Below are positions 16,483 through 28,316 of a stretch of 64,000 nucleotides of DNA, piece after piece. The DNA is taken from positions 1,880 through 65,879 of the forward strand of contig CAVYUR010000001.1 in assembly GCA_963771795.1 (NCBI GenBank), written 5' to 3'. Position numbers and translations under genes: made by a program. The notes beneath the pieces are model-generated. The model saw only the letters and a list, made by a program, of their open reading frames with translations, had not been told where the DNA came from and did not search any database. Position 1 is the stretch's first letter. Each line of letters starts with the position of its first letter. The DNA is from an uncultured Chloroflexia bacterium. Lineage in GTDB: Bacteria > Chloroflexota > Limnocylindria > Limnocylindrales > CSP1-4.

Positions 16483-18384
16483 CTATGGGACGCGGTCGAT
16501 CTCGGCGATCGGGACGCTGTCCATGTCGGTCTCGTCGTGGGCCGGCTCCGCTCGCTCTGCCTCGGAGGCGGCCTTGACGGTGGAGCCCGACAACCGCGCC
16601 CGCAACGTACTGAGGCGCGATGGCGGCCGAGGCGGTGGGGGCGGGATCGCCCCGCGACCACGCAGCCCCTGGGCGATCGCCTCCGCCTCGGTCCCGCTGA
16701 CGCCGAAGCGGCGGAGGGAGTAGCGAGCCATCTGGACCGACAGCTCGCGGTTGCCGTAAATGGCCTGGACGCTCCCGCCGATCCCCCGGAGGCGGGCCGC
16801 CTCGTTGTCACTGTGGGTTCGAACGATCAGGTCGATCGAAGGATTGGCCGCTCGCGCCCGCTCGACGATCAGGCGGGTCGCATGCCCGTCCCCGATCGCA
16901 ACGATGAGCATTCGGGCCAGCTGGATGCCGGCGTGCTCGAGCAGCTCCGGGCGGGCGGCGTCGCCGTAGATCGCCGGTACGCCGCGGGCGCGCAGCTCCT
17001 CGATCGCCCGTCGGTCCTGGCTTATGACGACGTAGTGGTAGCCGCGGCGGTCGAACACGCTGGCGATCGTCCGCCCGACCCGACCGTAACCGGCCAGGAT
17101 CGCGTGCCGCCGCAGCGGCTCGCTCTCCGCCGGCTCGAGGCGCCCGAGGTCGCCCCGCCGCTCGAAGATCGCATGGACCCGATCATGCTGCTTGATGTAT
17201 GCCTCGAGCGGGTCGATCGCCCGGAACAGGAGCGGATTCAGCGCGATCGACACGAGGGCCCCGGCGACGATCAGCTGGATGCCCTCGGGAGGCAGGAGCC
17301 CGAGCCCCAGGCCGACGGTCCCGAGGATGAACGAGAACTCGCCAATCTGGGCGAGGCCCGCGCCGACGGTCAGCCCGGTCCGGATCGGGTATCCGAACGC
17401 AGCGACGATCCCGACCGCCGCCAGCGACTTGGCCCCGACGATCAGCAGGACGACGGCGGCGACCTCGAGCGGATGCTCCACGAGGAAGCTCGGGTCGAGC
17501 AGCATGCCGACCGACACGAAGAAGAGCACGGCGAACGCATCCCGGAGCGGCAACGCGTCTGCCGCGGCCTGATGGCTCATGTCCGACTCGTTGACGATGG
17601 CCCCGGCGAGGAACGCGCCGAGGGCCAGCGAGATCCCGAAGATCGACGAGGCAGCAAACGCAATTCCTAGCGCGATCGCGAGAATGGCAAGGCTAAACAG
17701 CTCGCGCGAGTTCTCCCGGGCGACGAGCACGAGGAGCGGCGGGATCAGTCGCTTGCCGGCCACGATCATCAGGGCGGCGAAGATCCCCGCCTTGCCGAGG
17801 GCGACGGCGAGATCGCCCAGTGGGCTGCCGGTGACGCTGGTTCCGGGATCCGTGCCACCCAGGAGGGGGGCGACCGTCGGAAGGACGACCAGGACGACGA
17901 CCGTCACGAGGTCTTCAACGATCACCCAGCCGACCGCGGTGCGGCCCTGGACGGTGTCGAGCTCGCTTCGCTCCTCGAGCGCACGGAGCAGCACGACCGT
18001 GCTCGCCATCGAGATCGCAAGGCCAAGGACGAGTCCGCCACCGACGCCCCAGCCGATCGCCAGGCCGAACGCGATTCCGAGGACGGTGGCGACGATGATC
18101 CGGATGATCGCGCCGGGAACGGCCAGTCCCCGAACGGCCAGCAGGTCGTCGAGCGAAAAGTGGATCCCGACCCCGAACATCAGCAGGATGACGCCGATCT
18201 CGGCGAGCTCCGTCGCGACGGCCGCATCCGCGATGAGTCCTGGCGTGAAAGGCCCGATCACGACGCCAGCCAGGATGTAGCCGAGGATCGACGGAAGGCC
18301 CAGCCTGCGCACCAGCAGGCCGCCGATGAACGCGGCCGTCAGGCCGATCGCGATGGTCGAGATGAGAACGGGCTCGTGGTCCAT
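16483..18384 (-). CDS. CPA2-family cation:proton antiporter with RCK/TrkA-N domain (Kef/YbaL-like)
   Basis: Multi-TM N-terminal region, ILAGYGRVGRTIA Rossmann motif, 633 aa. Confidence 0.85.
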   Translation of the reverse strand: MDHEPVLISTIAIGLTAAFIGGLLVRRLGLPSILGYILAGVVIGPFTPGLIADAAVATELAEIGVILLMFGVGIHFSLDDLLAVRGLAVPGAIIRIIVATVLGIAFGLAIGWGVGGGLVLGLAISMASTVVLLRALEERSELDTVQGRTAVGWVIVEDLVTVVVLVVLPTVAPLLGGTDPGTSVTGSPLGDLAVALGKAGIFAALMIVAGKRLIPPLLVLVARENSRELFSLAILAIALGIAFAASSIFGISLALGAFLAGAIVNESDMSHQAAADALPLRDAFAVLFFVSVGMLLDPSFLVEHPLEVAAVVLLIVGAKSLAAVGIVAAFGYPIRTGLTVGAGLAQIGEFSFILGTVGLGLGLLPPEGIQLIVAGALVSIALNPLLFRAIDPLEAYIKQHDRVHAIFERRGDLGRLEPAESEPLRRHAILAGYGRVGRTIASVFDRRGYHYVVISQDRRAIEELRARGVPAIYGDAARPELLEHAGIQLARMLIVAIGDGHATRLIVERARAANPSIDLIVRTHSDNEAARLRGIGGSVQAIYGNRELSVQMARYSLRRFGVSGTEAEAIAQGLRGRGAIPPPPPRPPSRLSTLRARLSGSTVKAASEAERAEPAHDETDMDSVPIAEIDRVP

Positions 18385-18596
18385 GGCTCTTCCCGGTTTC
18401 CGGGGGTGATGCGCAGGACTGGCGCGGGTCCGTGCCAGGCTGGTCCCGAACGATACCGGACCCCGTCGTGAACGGCCAACCGACTGGGCCTCGACAGTGG
18501 TTGCCCGCCGCCCGATGATGTCGATTTACAGCAGCCCATTCGTCGTCCATTCGAGCGGTGCCAGCCGGCGACCGACAGCCCAAGGAGGCACACGAG

Positions 18597-18983
18597 ATGC
18601 GCTACCTGCTCCTCATCTACACGCCGGAGACGAGCGAAGGCACGTCCAACGACGCAGGGGGCGACGACATCGAGGCGTACAACGCCTTCACCCGGGAAGT
18701 CCGCGGCCGCGGCGTCCTCGAGGCCGGCGAGGCGCTCCATCCGACCGCCAGCGCGACGACGGTCAGGGTCAGGGACGGACAGACCGTCACGACCGATGGC
18801 CCGTTCGCCGAAACGAAGGAAGCCTTGGGTGGGTTCTACCTGGTCAACGCCAAGGACCTCGACGAGGCGATCGAACTGGCCGCCAAGATTCCGGGCGCGA
18901 GGCACGGCTCGATCGAGGTCCGGCCGATCTTCGACTGGTCTGCCGAGGGGTCCTCGCCCGAGGCGGTCGGCGCAACCGGCTGA
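18597..18983 (+). CDS. YciI-family protein
   Basis: ATG 18597 with AAGGAGG 18582-18588. MRYLLLIY...GPFAETKEALGGFYLV. Confidence 0.8.
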   Translation: MRYLLLIYTPETSEGTSNDAGGDDIEAYNAFTREVRGRGVLEAGEALHPTASATTVRVRDGQTVTTDGPFAETKEALGGFYLVNAKDLDEAIELAAKIPGARHGSIEVRPIFDWSAEGSSPEAVGATG

Positions 18984-19124
18984 ACCGGCATCGCCGCCGC
19001 TGAGCCGGCGGTTCGCTAACCTGCCTCTCGCGTTGGGAGCCTGACCCTGCCGATCGATCCGCACGCTGTCGTCGACCGCCTCTTCCGCGAGGAACAGGGG
19101 CGGGCTGTCGCCACGCTCATCCGC

Positions 19125-20327
19125 GTGCTCGGCGACTTCGACCTCGCCGAAGAGGCGGTCCAGGAGGCGTTCGTCACGGCCCTCGAGACGTGGCCGACCC
19201 GTGGCGTCCCGGACAACCCGGGCGCCTGGATCACGACCACGGCGAGAAATCGGGCAATCGATCGGCTCCGCCGCCGTAAACGGTTGGCCGAGAAGCAGGA
19301 GCTTCTCCAGCGCGAAGTGGCGATCGCGGAAGAACTCGCCGCGATCGACCCCGACGCGGCCATCGATGGGGAGTCCGGCATGAGCCCGATCGCGGACGAT
19401 CGGTTACGGCTGATCTTCACCTGCTGCCATCCGGCGCTCGCGATGGACGCGCGTGTCGCGCTGACGCTGCGGACGCTCGGCGGCCTCTCAACGCCCGAGA
19501 TCGCCCGGGCCTTCCTGGTTCCCGAGCCGACGCTCGCCCAGCGGCTCGTGCGGGCGAAGAAGAAGATCCGCGACGCCGGCATCCCTTACCGGGTCCCGCC
19601 GGACCACGACCTGCCGGAGCGGCTCGACGGCGTGTTGCGGGTCCTCTACCTCGTCTTCAACGAGGGCTACGGCGCGACGTCCGGCGACCGGTTGATCCGC
19701 CGCGAGCTCTGCGCCGAGGCGATCCGGCTGACCCGGGTCCTGGTCTCGCTCATGCCCGACGAGCCCGAGGCGCTCGGCCTCCTCGCGCTGATGCTCCTCC
19801 ACGACGCCCGTCGCGAAGCCCGCGTCGGGACGGCCGGCGAGCTCGTCCTGCTCGAGGACCAGGATCGTTCGCGCTGGGACCGGGCGAAGGTCGACGAGGG
19901 CCGCGAGCTGCTCGATCGGGCGCTCCGGATGCGCCGCGTCGGGCCGAACCAGCTCCAGGCCGCGATCGCCGCCCTCCACGACGACGCGGCGGCGACCGAT
20001 GAGACGGACTGGGCCCAGATCGCGGGGCTGTACGCGGTTCTCGGCCGCGTGGCCCCCTCGCCGGTCGTCGAGCTGAATCGCGCCGTCGCGGTGGCGATGG
20101 CCTCGGGACCCGAGCTCGGACTCCGGCTCGTTGACGCCGTCGGTGCCTCCGGCCAGCTCGAGGACTACCCGTACCTTCACGCCGCGCGGGCCGATCTCCT
20201 GCGCCGACTCGGACGCCTGTCGGAGGCCGCCGACGCGTACACGCGCGCCAGGGAACTGACGGCAAACGAGGCGGAGCAGGCGTTCCTGGATCGCCGGCTG
20301 GTCGAGGTCGGGTCGACCCGCAGCTAA
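19125..20327 (+). CDS. ECF-type RNA polymerase sigma factor with long C-terminal (TPR-like) extension
   Basis: Region 2 DFDLAEEAVQEAF...TWP, region 4 LGGLSTPEIARAFLVPEPTLAQRLVRAKKKI. Conserved residues continue in frame upstream to 19041 with only CTG codons available. Confidence 0.8.
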   Translation: MLGDFDLAEEAVQEAFVTALETWPTRGVPDNPGAWITTTARNRAIDRLRRRKRLAEKQELLQREVAIAEELAAIDPDAAIDGESGMSPIADDRLRLIFTCCHPALAMDARVALTLRTLGGLSTPEIARAFLVPEPTLAQRLVRAKKKIRDAGIPYRVPPDHDLPERLDGVLRVLYLVFNEGYGATSGDRLIRRELCAEAIRLTRVLVSLMPDEPEALGLLALMLLHDARREARVGTAGELVLLEDQDRSRWDRAKVDEGRELLDRALRMRRVGPNQLQAAIAALHDDAAATDETDWAQIAGLYAVLGRVAPSPVVELNRAVAVAMASGPELGLRLVDAVGASGQLEDYPYLHAARADLLRRLGRLSEAADAYTRARELTANEAEQAFLDRRLVEVGSTRS

Positions 20328-20384
20328 CAGCGCGTGCAGGGGCGGATGACCGTCGGGTGAGGGCCGCGGCGTACCGTCGGTCGC

Positions 20385-21113
20385 ATGTCCAAGTGGAAGC
20401 CACAGAGGGTCCGGCCGTTGGGTCGCGCACGTCGCCCGCGCAACGGGCAGGACCTAGAGCTCGAGGTGTTCCCTGGTCCGGCGCTTGGTCCGGGCGTCGT
20501 CACCGCGGACTACGCCTCCGTCGTGGCCGCGCTGGATTCGTTCGACCCGGAGATGCCGTGGAAGAGGGCCCGCGCCCGGATCCTGCCGATGCTGCCGCGC
20601 GTCCGCCCCTTCCCCGGTCCGGAGCTCGAGCTCGCGCGGGCAATGCTGCCGCCGGGCATCCTCGTCGGGTTCGGGATCGACATCGGCCCGGCGATCACGT
20701 TCGTCGGCGCGTCGCTGCTCGATCGCTGGCGGGTGGACGTGCCGACTGTTGTCGCGGCGTCACTCGCCAACCTGCGACGCCTTGCCACGGAATGTGGCCG
20801 CGACGTGGTGATCCGCGACCGTATCGGCGATGTTCCGGTCACGCTCCTGCAGACGCGGCTCGGGATCGCGGCGTCACTGATCCTTGTGCCCGAGTGCCTC
20901 GACCGTCTGCTCGGCCCCGGCCCGCATCTCCTGCTGGCCCCAATGCGGGACATCCTCATCGCGCTGCCGCCGGACGTCGATCGCGAGTTCGCGGCGTGGC
21001 TCGCCGACGAGTGGGAGGCGCTGGACCCGAACCACCTCCATCTCGGCGGCTTCCGGCACGAGCGGGGGACGATCATCCCGGAGGCGCTCGACGAAGCGCT
21101 GGCCCGCGCCTGA
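20385..21113 (+). CDS. Hypothetical protein
   Basis: 242-aa ORF with ATG start and coding-like G/C third positions; no motif recognised. Confidence 0.5.
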   Translation: MSKWKPQRVRPLGRARRPRNGQDLELEVFPGPALGPGVVTADYASVVAALDSFDPEMPWKRARARILPMLPRVRPFPGPELELARAMLPPGILVGFGIDIGPAITFVGASLLDRWRVDVPTVVAASLANLRRLATECGRDVVIRDRIGDVPVTLLQTRLGIAASLILVPECLDRLLGPGPHLLLAPMRDILIALPPDVDREFAAWLADEWEALDPNHLHLGGFRHERGTIIPEALDEALARA

Positions 21114-21123
21114 CGAGTCCCGG

Positions 21124-21843
21124 CTAGCGGGATCCTGGATCGGCCGCCGGCCCGTCGTCGCCTGGGCGCAGGACGAGCCAACCATGACGGACGGCGTACC
21201 CGACCGCCTGCCTACGGTTCGTCACGCCGAACTTGTGCATGATGGACGACAGGTGGTTCTTGACCGTCTGCTCGCTGACCGAGAGGGTGTCGGCGATCGC
21301 CTGGTTTCGGAGCCCGTGGCCCACCAGCGTGATGATCTGCAGCTCGCGGGGGGTCAGCGGGTTCGTCGGCTCGCGGCCGGCCTCGATCGCCTCTCGGAAG
21401 CTCTCGAGGATGCGCTCGACGAGATCCGGCCTGGCAATCAGCTGGTCCCTGAGCGGATCCTCGCCACCGGCGACGCGGCGAATCGTGGCGACGAGCTCCG
21501 ACGGCTCCGCGAGACCTCCGACGTGGGCCGTCGCTCCAACCTCCATCGCGGCGAGGATGCTCGCATCGTCGTCACCGCCAAGGACGACCAGGGCCGATGC
21601 CGGCGCGCCACGCCGCAGCCGTCGAATGGCGTTGGAACCGGAGACGTCGGGCGTGACGTCGACGAGGACGATGTCCGCCGGTGCGGCCTGGATGACGGGT
21701 ATCGCCTCGTCGGGCGACGTGACCTGGGCGACGATCTCGATGTCCTTCTCCCGATCGAGGACCTCCCGGATCCCGATCCCGAGGACGGCCCGCGGCTCAA
21801 CAATTACGAGTCGAATTGGTTGCTTCTTAGTGGACCGCGGCAT
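21124..21843 (-). CDS. NarL/LuxR-family response regulator
   Basis: ATG 21843 (MPRSTKKQPIRLVIVEP...). Receiver DIVLVDV. C-terminal HTH LTPRELQIITLVGHGLRNQAIADTLSVSEQTVKNHL. Confidence 0.8.
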   Translation of the reverse strand: MPRSTKKQPIRLVIVEPRAVLGIGIREVLDREKDIEIVAQVTSPDEAIPVIQAAPADIVLVDVTPDVSGSNAIRRLRRGAPASALVVLGGDDDASILAAMEVGATAHVGGLAEPSELVATIRRVAGGEDPLRDQLIARPDLVERILESFREAIEAGREPTNPLTPRELQIITLVGHGLRNQAIADTLSVSEQTVKNHLSSIMHKFGVTNRRQAVGYAVRHGWLVLRPGDDGPAADPGSR

Positions 21844-21929
21844 CGATCCATTGTGCCATCGGTCGCCGTCAAGTGATCGGGCGACGGGTGATCCCCGCCC
21901 ACCGGGGTTCCGGTGGGCGGTTCCGGTGG

Positions 21930-22058
21930 CTAGAGGCAGATCGGGCGAGACCAGTCGTCGCCGATCGATTCGCGCGAGTCGACGCCGAACGCGCTCGCCA
22001 GGATGCCGAGGGCGACGAGGCCACCGAGAACGGCGGCGATGATCAGCAGCAGGTCCAT
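21930..22058 (-). CDS. 42-aa single-pass membrane peptide (below ORF-track size cutoff)
   Basis: ATG 22058 preceded by AAGGAG 7 nt upstream. MDLLLIIAAVLGGLVALGILASAFGVDSRESIGDDWSRPICL*, TAG at 21930-21932, G/C third positions. Confidence 0.6.
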   Translation of the reverse strand: MDLLLIIAAVLGGLVALGILASAFGVDSRESIGDDWSRPICL

Positions 22059-22130
22059 CAGGTGACTCCTTTCGAGGTTCCGATGAGACTATCCTGACGT
22101 CTGACTGGTCATCTGGTAAGGTCCACTCCA

Positions 22131-23603
22131 ATGCCAAGATCCAGGACCAGTTCTGCAACCGAGCTCCTGGTGGAGGTGCGCCGCGACGACCCGTTACCGC
22201 TCCACTCCCAGCTCGAGCAGGAGCTCCGCACCGCCATCCGATCCGGTCGGCTCGAGTCGGAGGCAGCGCTGCCGTCGACGCGGGCGCTGGCGTCGCAGCT
22301 CGGACTCTCGCGCGGTGTCGTCGTCGAAGCCTACGAGCAGCTGGTCGCCGAGGGCTACCTCACCAGCCAGCCCGGTGGCGCCACGCGCGTCTCTTCGAAG
22401 GTCGCTGAGGCACTGGCGATCGCACCCGCGACCCCCCCGCCGTCAGCCAAGCGGATCGACTTCACCTACGGCCGCCCCGATGTGACGCTGTTTCCCCGCC
22501 AGGTCTGGCTTCGGTCGCTGCGGCGCGTCCTCAACGAGGCGCCGAGCGACCGCTTGACCTATCTCGACAACCGCGGCTCGATGGAGTTGCGCGAGGCGCT
22601 AGCGACGTATCTCAACCGGGTCCGCGGAACATGCGCGAACCCGGACCGGATCGTCATCTGCAACGGGTTCGCCCAGGCGATCGATCTCGTCGTCCAGGTC
22701 GTCAAGGCGAACGGTGGCAAGCGGATCGCGATCGAGGATCCGGGTCACGGGGACACGACACGGGCCGCGCTACGACACGGCCTCGAGACGGTGCCCGTTC
22801 CTGTCGACGAGGCGGGGATCGTTGTCGAGGCGCTGGCGCGGACGAACGCAGATGCCGTCGCGACGACCCCCGCCCACCACTTTCCAACTGGCGGTGTCCT
22901 GTCGCCGGAGCGTCGCGCGGCCCTCGTCGCCTGGGCAACGGAAGGCAACCGGCTGGTGCTGGAGGACGACTACGACGCGGAGTATCGCTACGACCGCGAG
23001 CCCATCGGGGCAATCCAGGGCCTCGCTCCCGAGCAGGTCATCTACTCGGGCTCCGCGAGCAAGACGCTGGCCCCGGGGCTGCGTCTCGGCTGGCTCATCG
23101 TGCCGACGAACCACGTCGACGAGCTCGCCGCGATCAAGGAGGCGAGCGACCGCGGGTCGGCCAGCCTCGAGCAACTGGCGTTCGCCGATTTCCTGTCGCG
23201 CGGCGAGTTCGACCACCATCTGCGCCGGATGCGGCCGATCTATCGAGCCAGGCGCGACACCCTTCTCGAGGCGCTGCGCCGCTACCTGCCGGACCTTCGG
23301 CCCGTCGGCGCGTCCGCCGGGCTGCACGTCATCGCCTGGCTGCCGCCGGGGATCGACGAAACGGCCGTCGTCGAAGCGGCTGCGCGCCTCGGGGTCGCGG
23401 CCCACGGCCTGGCCCAGTACCACGTCGCCAGGCGACACGCGCCCGGCGGGCTCCTCTTCGGCTACGGAACGCTGACCGAGTCGGAGATCGAGGAGGGGAT
23501 CCGTCTCGTCGCCGATGCGATCGACACGATCCGGACCGCCGGCTACGAGCCGCAGGGCGACGTGTCTGCGGCGAGAGTCCGGGTAGGCGCCGGGGCAGGC
23601 TGA
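22131..23603 (+). CDS. MocR/PdxR-family regulator (GntR HTH fused to PLP aminotransferase-like domain)
   Basis: N-terminal LPSTRALASQLGLSRGVVVEAYEQLVAEGYL; C-terminal fold-type-I domain with SASKTLAPGLRLGW. Confidence 0.85.
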   Translation: MPRSRTSSATELLVEVRRDDPLPLHSQLEQELRTAIRSGRLESEAALPSTRALASQLGLSRGVVVEAYEQLVAEGYLTSQPGGATRVSSKVAEALAIAPATPPPSAKRIDFTYGRPDVTLFPRQVWLRSLRRVLNEAPSDRLTYLDNRGSMELREALATYLNRVRGTCANPDRIVICNGFAQAIDLVVQVVKANGGKRIAIEDPGHGDTTRAALRHGLETVPVPVDEAGIVVEALARTNADAVATTPAHHFPTGGVLSPERRAALVAWATEGNRLVLEDDYDAEYRYDREPIGAIQGLAPEQVIYSGSASKTLAPGLRLGWLIVPTNHVDELAAIKEASDRGSASLEQLAFADFLSRGEFDHHLRRMRPIYRARRDTLLEALRRYLPDLRPVGASAGLHVIAWLPPGIDETAVVEAAARLGVAAHGLAQYHVARRHAPGGLLFGYGTLTESEIEEGIRLVADAIDTIRTAGYEPQGDVSAARVRVGAGAG

Positions 23604-23752
23604 CCGAACAGGCCGGCGACAAGCGCCCGAGCCCGGCCGACGAGCGTCAGGTGGTCGGGGCGCCGGACCTGCTTGGCCAGCCGCCAGCGATCGGCCTCGC
23701 GCACGCGGTCGCGATCCAGGTCGGTTGCGAACATCCGGTAGATCTCGTGCAT
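23543..23752 (-). CDS. Small hypothetical protein
   Basis: ATG 23752 with GGGAG 8 nt upstream, G/C third positions. The 3' end overlaps the convergent MocR gene by 61 nt. Confidence 0.4.
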   Translation of the reverse strand: MHEIYRMFATDLDRDRVREADRWRLAKQVRRPDHLTLVGRARALVAGLFGQPAPAPTRTLAADTSPCGS

Positions 23753-23859
23753 CTCGGTGCTCCCTTCGGTGTTGCGGGAGCAGGATCGCGTGGTTCTGGT
23801 CTTGAAGACAGGTCCAGTTCTGGGGCAGTCATGAGGACCGGTCGGGCCCGCGTGTTGGG

Positions 23860-26247
<2,388 letters not shown>

Positions 26248-26273
26248 CGTGTCTCCATCTGTCTGGGCCCCGG

Positions 26274-27101
26274 CTACGTCAGGTCAGTCCAGCTGTGCTC
26301 GGGCGCGTAGCCGAACAGCTCGCGGGCTCGATCGATCGACAAAAGCGTCTCACGGCCCTCGAGTTGCCGCCGAATTGGCACCGCTGGGAAGACCTCGCGC
26401 ATGAGGTCAGCGCTGTCGCGGCGCATGACCGTGTCGGCGGCGGCGACGATCGCGATCTCCGCCCCAGCACCCTCGGTGTCGAGCGCACGACGGATCGCCT
26501 GAGCGACGTCCCGCACGTCGACATAGCCCCAGAGGTTCCACCTCCGAACCATGGCGTCGTCCTGCCACGTCGCGAACCGCGCGTAGTCATCCGGTTCCAT
26601 GATGTTGGAGATCCGCAAGCCGACGAACGGAATACCGCTGCGCCGCGCGAACTGCTGGGCCATCGTCTCGCCCGTCAGCTTCGAGAGGGCGTACGAGGAC
26701 TCCGGTCGCGGTGGGTGACTCTCGTCGATCGGGGCAAAGGCCGGTGGCTCGTCGAACGGGAGCCCGAGGACGGTTTCACTCGACGCCCACACCACGCTCC
26801 GGACGCGGGCCTCGGTTGCGGCGCTGAAGACGTTGTAGGTCGACATCGCGTTGTTGCGGAACGTCTCGCCGGTCGCCCGTAGACCGGGCGCCGGGATCGC
26901 GCCGAGATGAACGACCGCATCGGCGCCGGCGATCGCCTCGATCGCCTGACCAAGGTCGGCCAGGTCGGCAAGCATTGTCTGGCCGTGTGGGCTGCCGTCG
27001 TGGACGACATCGACGTTCAGCACGTCGTGGTCGCGGTCCCGCAGGTCACGAACGACCCACCGACCGGCCTTGCCGCTTCCACCAGTTACGACGATCCGCA
27101 C
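26274..27101 (-). CDS. NAD-dependent epimerase/dehydratase (SDR) family protein
   Basis: [17 protein letters not shown] Rossmann motif; YALSK catalytic motif. Confidence 0.8.
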   Translation of the reverse strand: MRIVVTGGSGKAGRWVVRDLRDRDHDVLNVDVVHDGSPHGQTMLADLADLGQAIEAIAGADAVVHLGAIPAPGLRATGETFRNNAMSTYNVFSAATEARVRSVVWASSETVLGLPFDEPPAFAPIDESHPPRPESSYALSKLTGETMAQQFARRSGIPFVGLRISNIMEPDDYARFATWQDDAMVRRWNLWGYVDVRDVAQAIRRALDTEGAGAEIAIVAAADTVMRRDSADLMREVFPAVPIRRQLEGRETLLSIDRARELFGYAPEHSWTDLT

Positions 27102-27189
27102 GGACCTGCCTCCTCTCGGCGGACAACGCTACCCGATCCGGTCTTCCGTCCGCCGGCTTGCCCCCGGCGTGGTCCCGGAGGAGGCGTTC

Positions 27190-28131
27190 CTAGCTGACTT
27201 CTCGCCTGTTTCGTCGTCGGCGGTACTCGCGAGGGCTTGTGCCGAACGCCTGACGGAAGTGACGGGAGAACGAGGCCGGCTCCGGCCAGCCAACAGTGCG
27301 TCCGACGGCACCAATCGAGTCGTCGGTCCCGGACAGGAGAACCGCCGCGCGTTCGGCTCGGAGCTGGTTGGCGTACGCGATCGGCGCGACGCCGACCCAG
27401 CGCTTGAACTCGTGGGCGAGATGGAACGACCCGACGAAGACCTCGCGGCTGAGATCGCCGAGGGTCCAGTGGCGCGCGAGGTCCTCCTCGATCAGGTCGA
27501 GTGCGGCAGACACGAGTCGCGGGGTCGCGGGTAACCGCTCCGTCGGCGTGCGCTGCTTGTACTCGCCGTGACGTGCGACCAGGTCGAGCGCAACCAGGAG
27601 ATGGCCGATCTCGCTGGCGTGACTTCGCTCATCCGGCTTGCGTTGCCAGATCGCGTCGAGTTCCCCGATGCATTCGTCAAGCTCATCGACGTCGAGTTGC
27701 GCGACGACGGGGCCGCCAGCATGTCCCGGAAGTGCGGCACGGCCGAAGAGCGTCATCAGGGCGTTGTCGCGTGATGCCCACAGGAGCTCGAATTCCGCCA
27801 ACTCGGCCCGGAAGAAGCAGTTGAAGACGGCAACGTCGTGCTGGGCCCGGTACCCATGTGAGGCTCCGGGCGGAACGAAGACGACCGTCCCGCGACTGAT
27901 TGCGACTTCCTGGGATCCGCAGAAGTGGTACCCGGTTCCCCGTGTGACGAACGCAACCTCGTAGAACTCGTGGTCGTGCTCGGGCACGGCGAGCATGTGC
28001 TCGACCGGCCAGGCCCCGACGACGCTGCCCGGCCCGATCAGCGGCTCCGCGGTGTCATCGCGCCGAGGACTCGAAGGTGCCCAATGTCCGTGGGTTCGAG
28101 TCGACCGGCTCGGGGTCAGGTTCTCGGGCAT
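27190..28131 (-). CDS. AraC-family transcriptional regulator (cupin + HTH)
   Basis: ATG 28131. C-terminal AraC HTH (DSIGAVGRTVGWPEPASFSRHFRQAFGTSPREYR). Confidence 0.8.
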   Translation of the reverse strand: MPENLTPSRSTRTHGHWAPSSPRRDDTAEPLIGPGSVVGAWPVEHMLAVPEHDHEFYEVAFVTRGTGYHFCGSQEVAISRGTVVFVPPGASHGYRAQHDVAVFNCFFRAELAEFELLWASRDNALMTLFGRAALPGHAGGPVVAQLDVDELDECIGELDAIWQRKPDERSHASEIGHLLVALDLVARHGEYKQRTPTERLPATPRLVSAALDLIEEDLARHWTLGDLSREVFVGSFHLAHEFKRWVGVAPIAYANQLRAERAAVLLSGTDDSIGAVGRTVGWPEPASFSRHFRQAFGTSPREYRRRRNRREVS

Positions 28132-28316
28132 GCGCAAGATTGTGCAACCTCCTCGCAACAATCGCCAACTTTGTCTCGCGGCCGCTGGCTATCGTCGCGG
28201 TCACCCGAAACCAAACGATCGGAGTTCGACACCAATCGAACTGGAGGTCGATCGATGGCGTTGACTCGACCGAGCGTCTCCTGGTCCATCACGCGCTCCT
28301 GGGTCCGTTGACGGTG

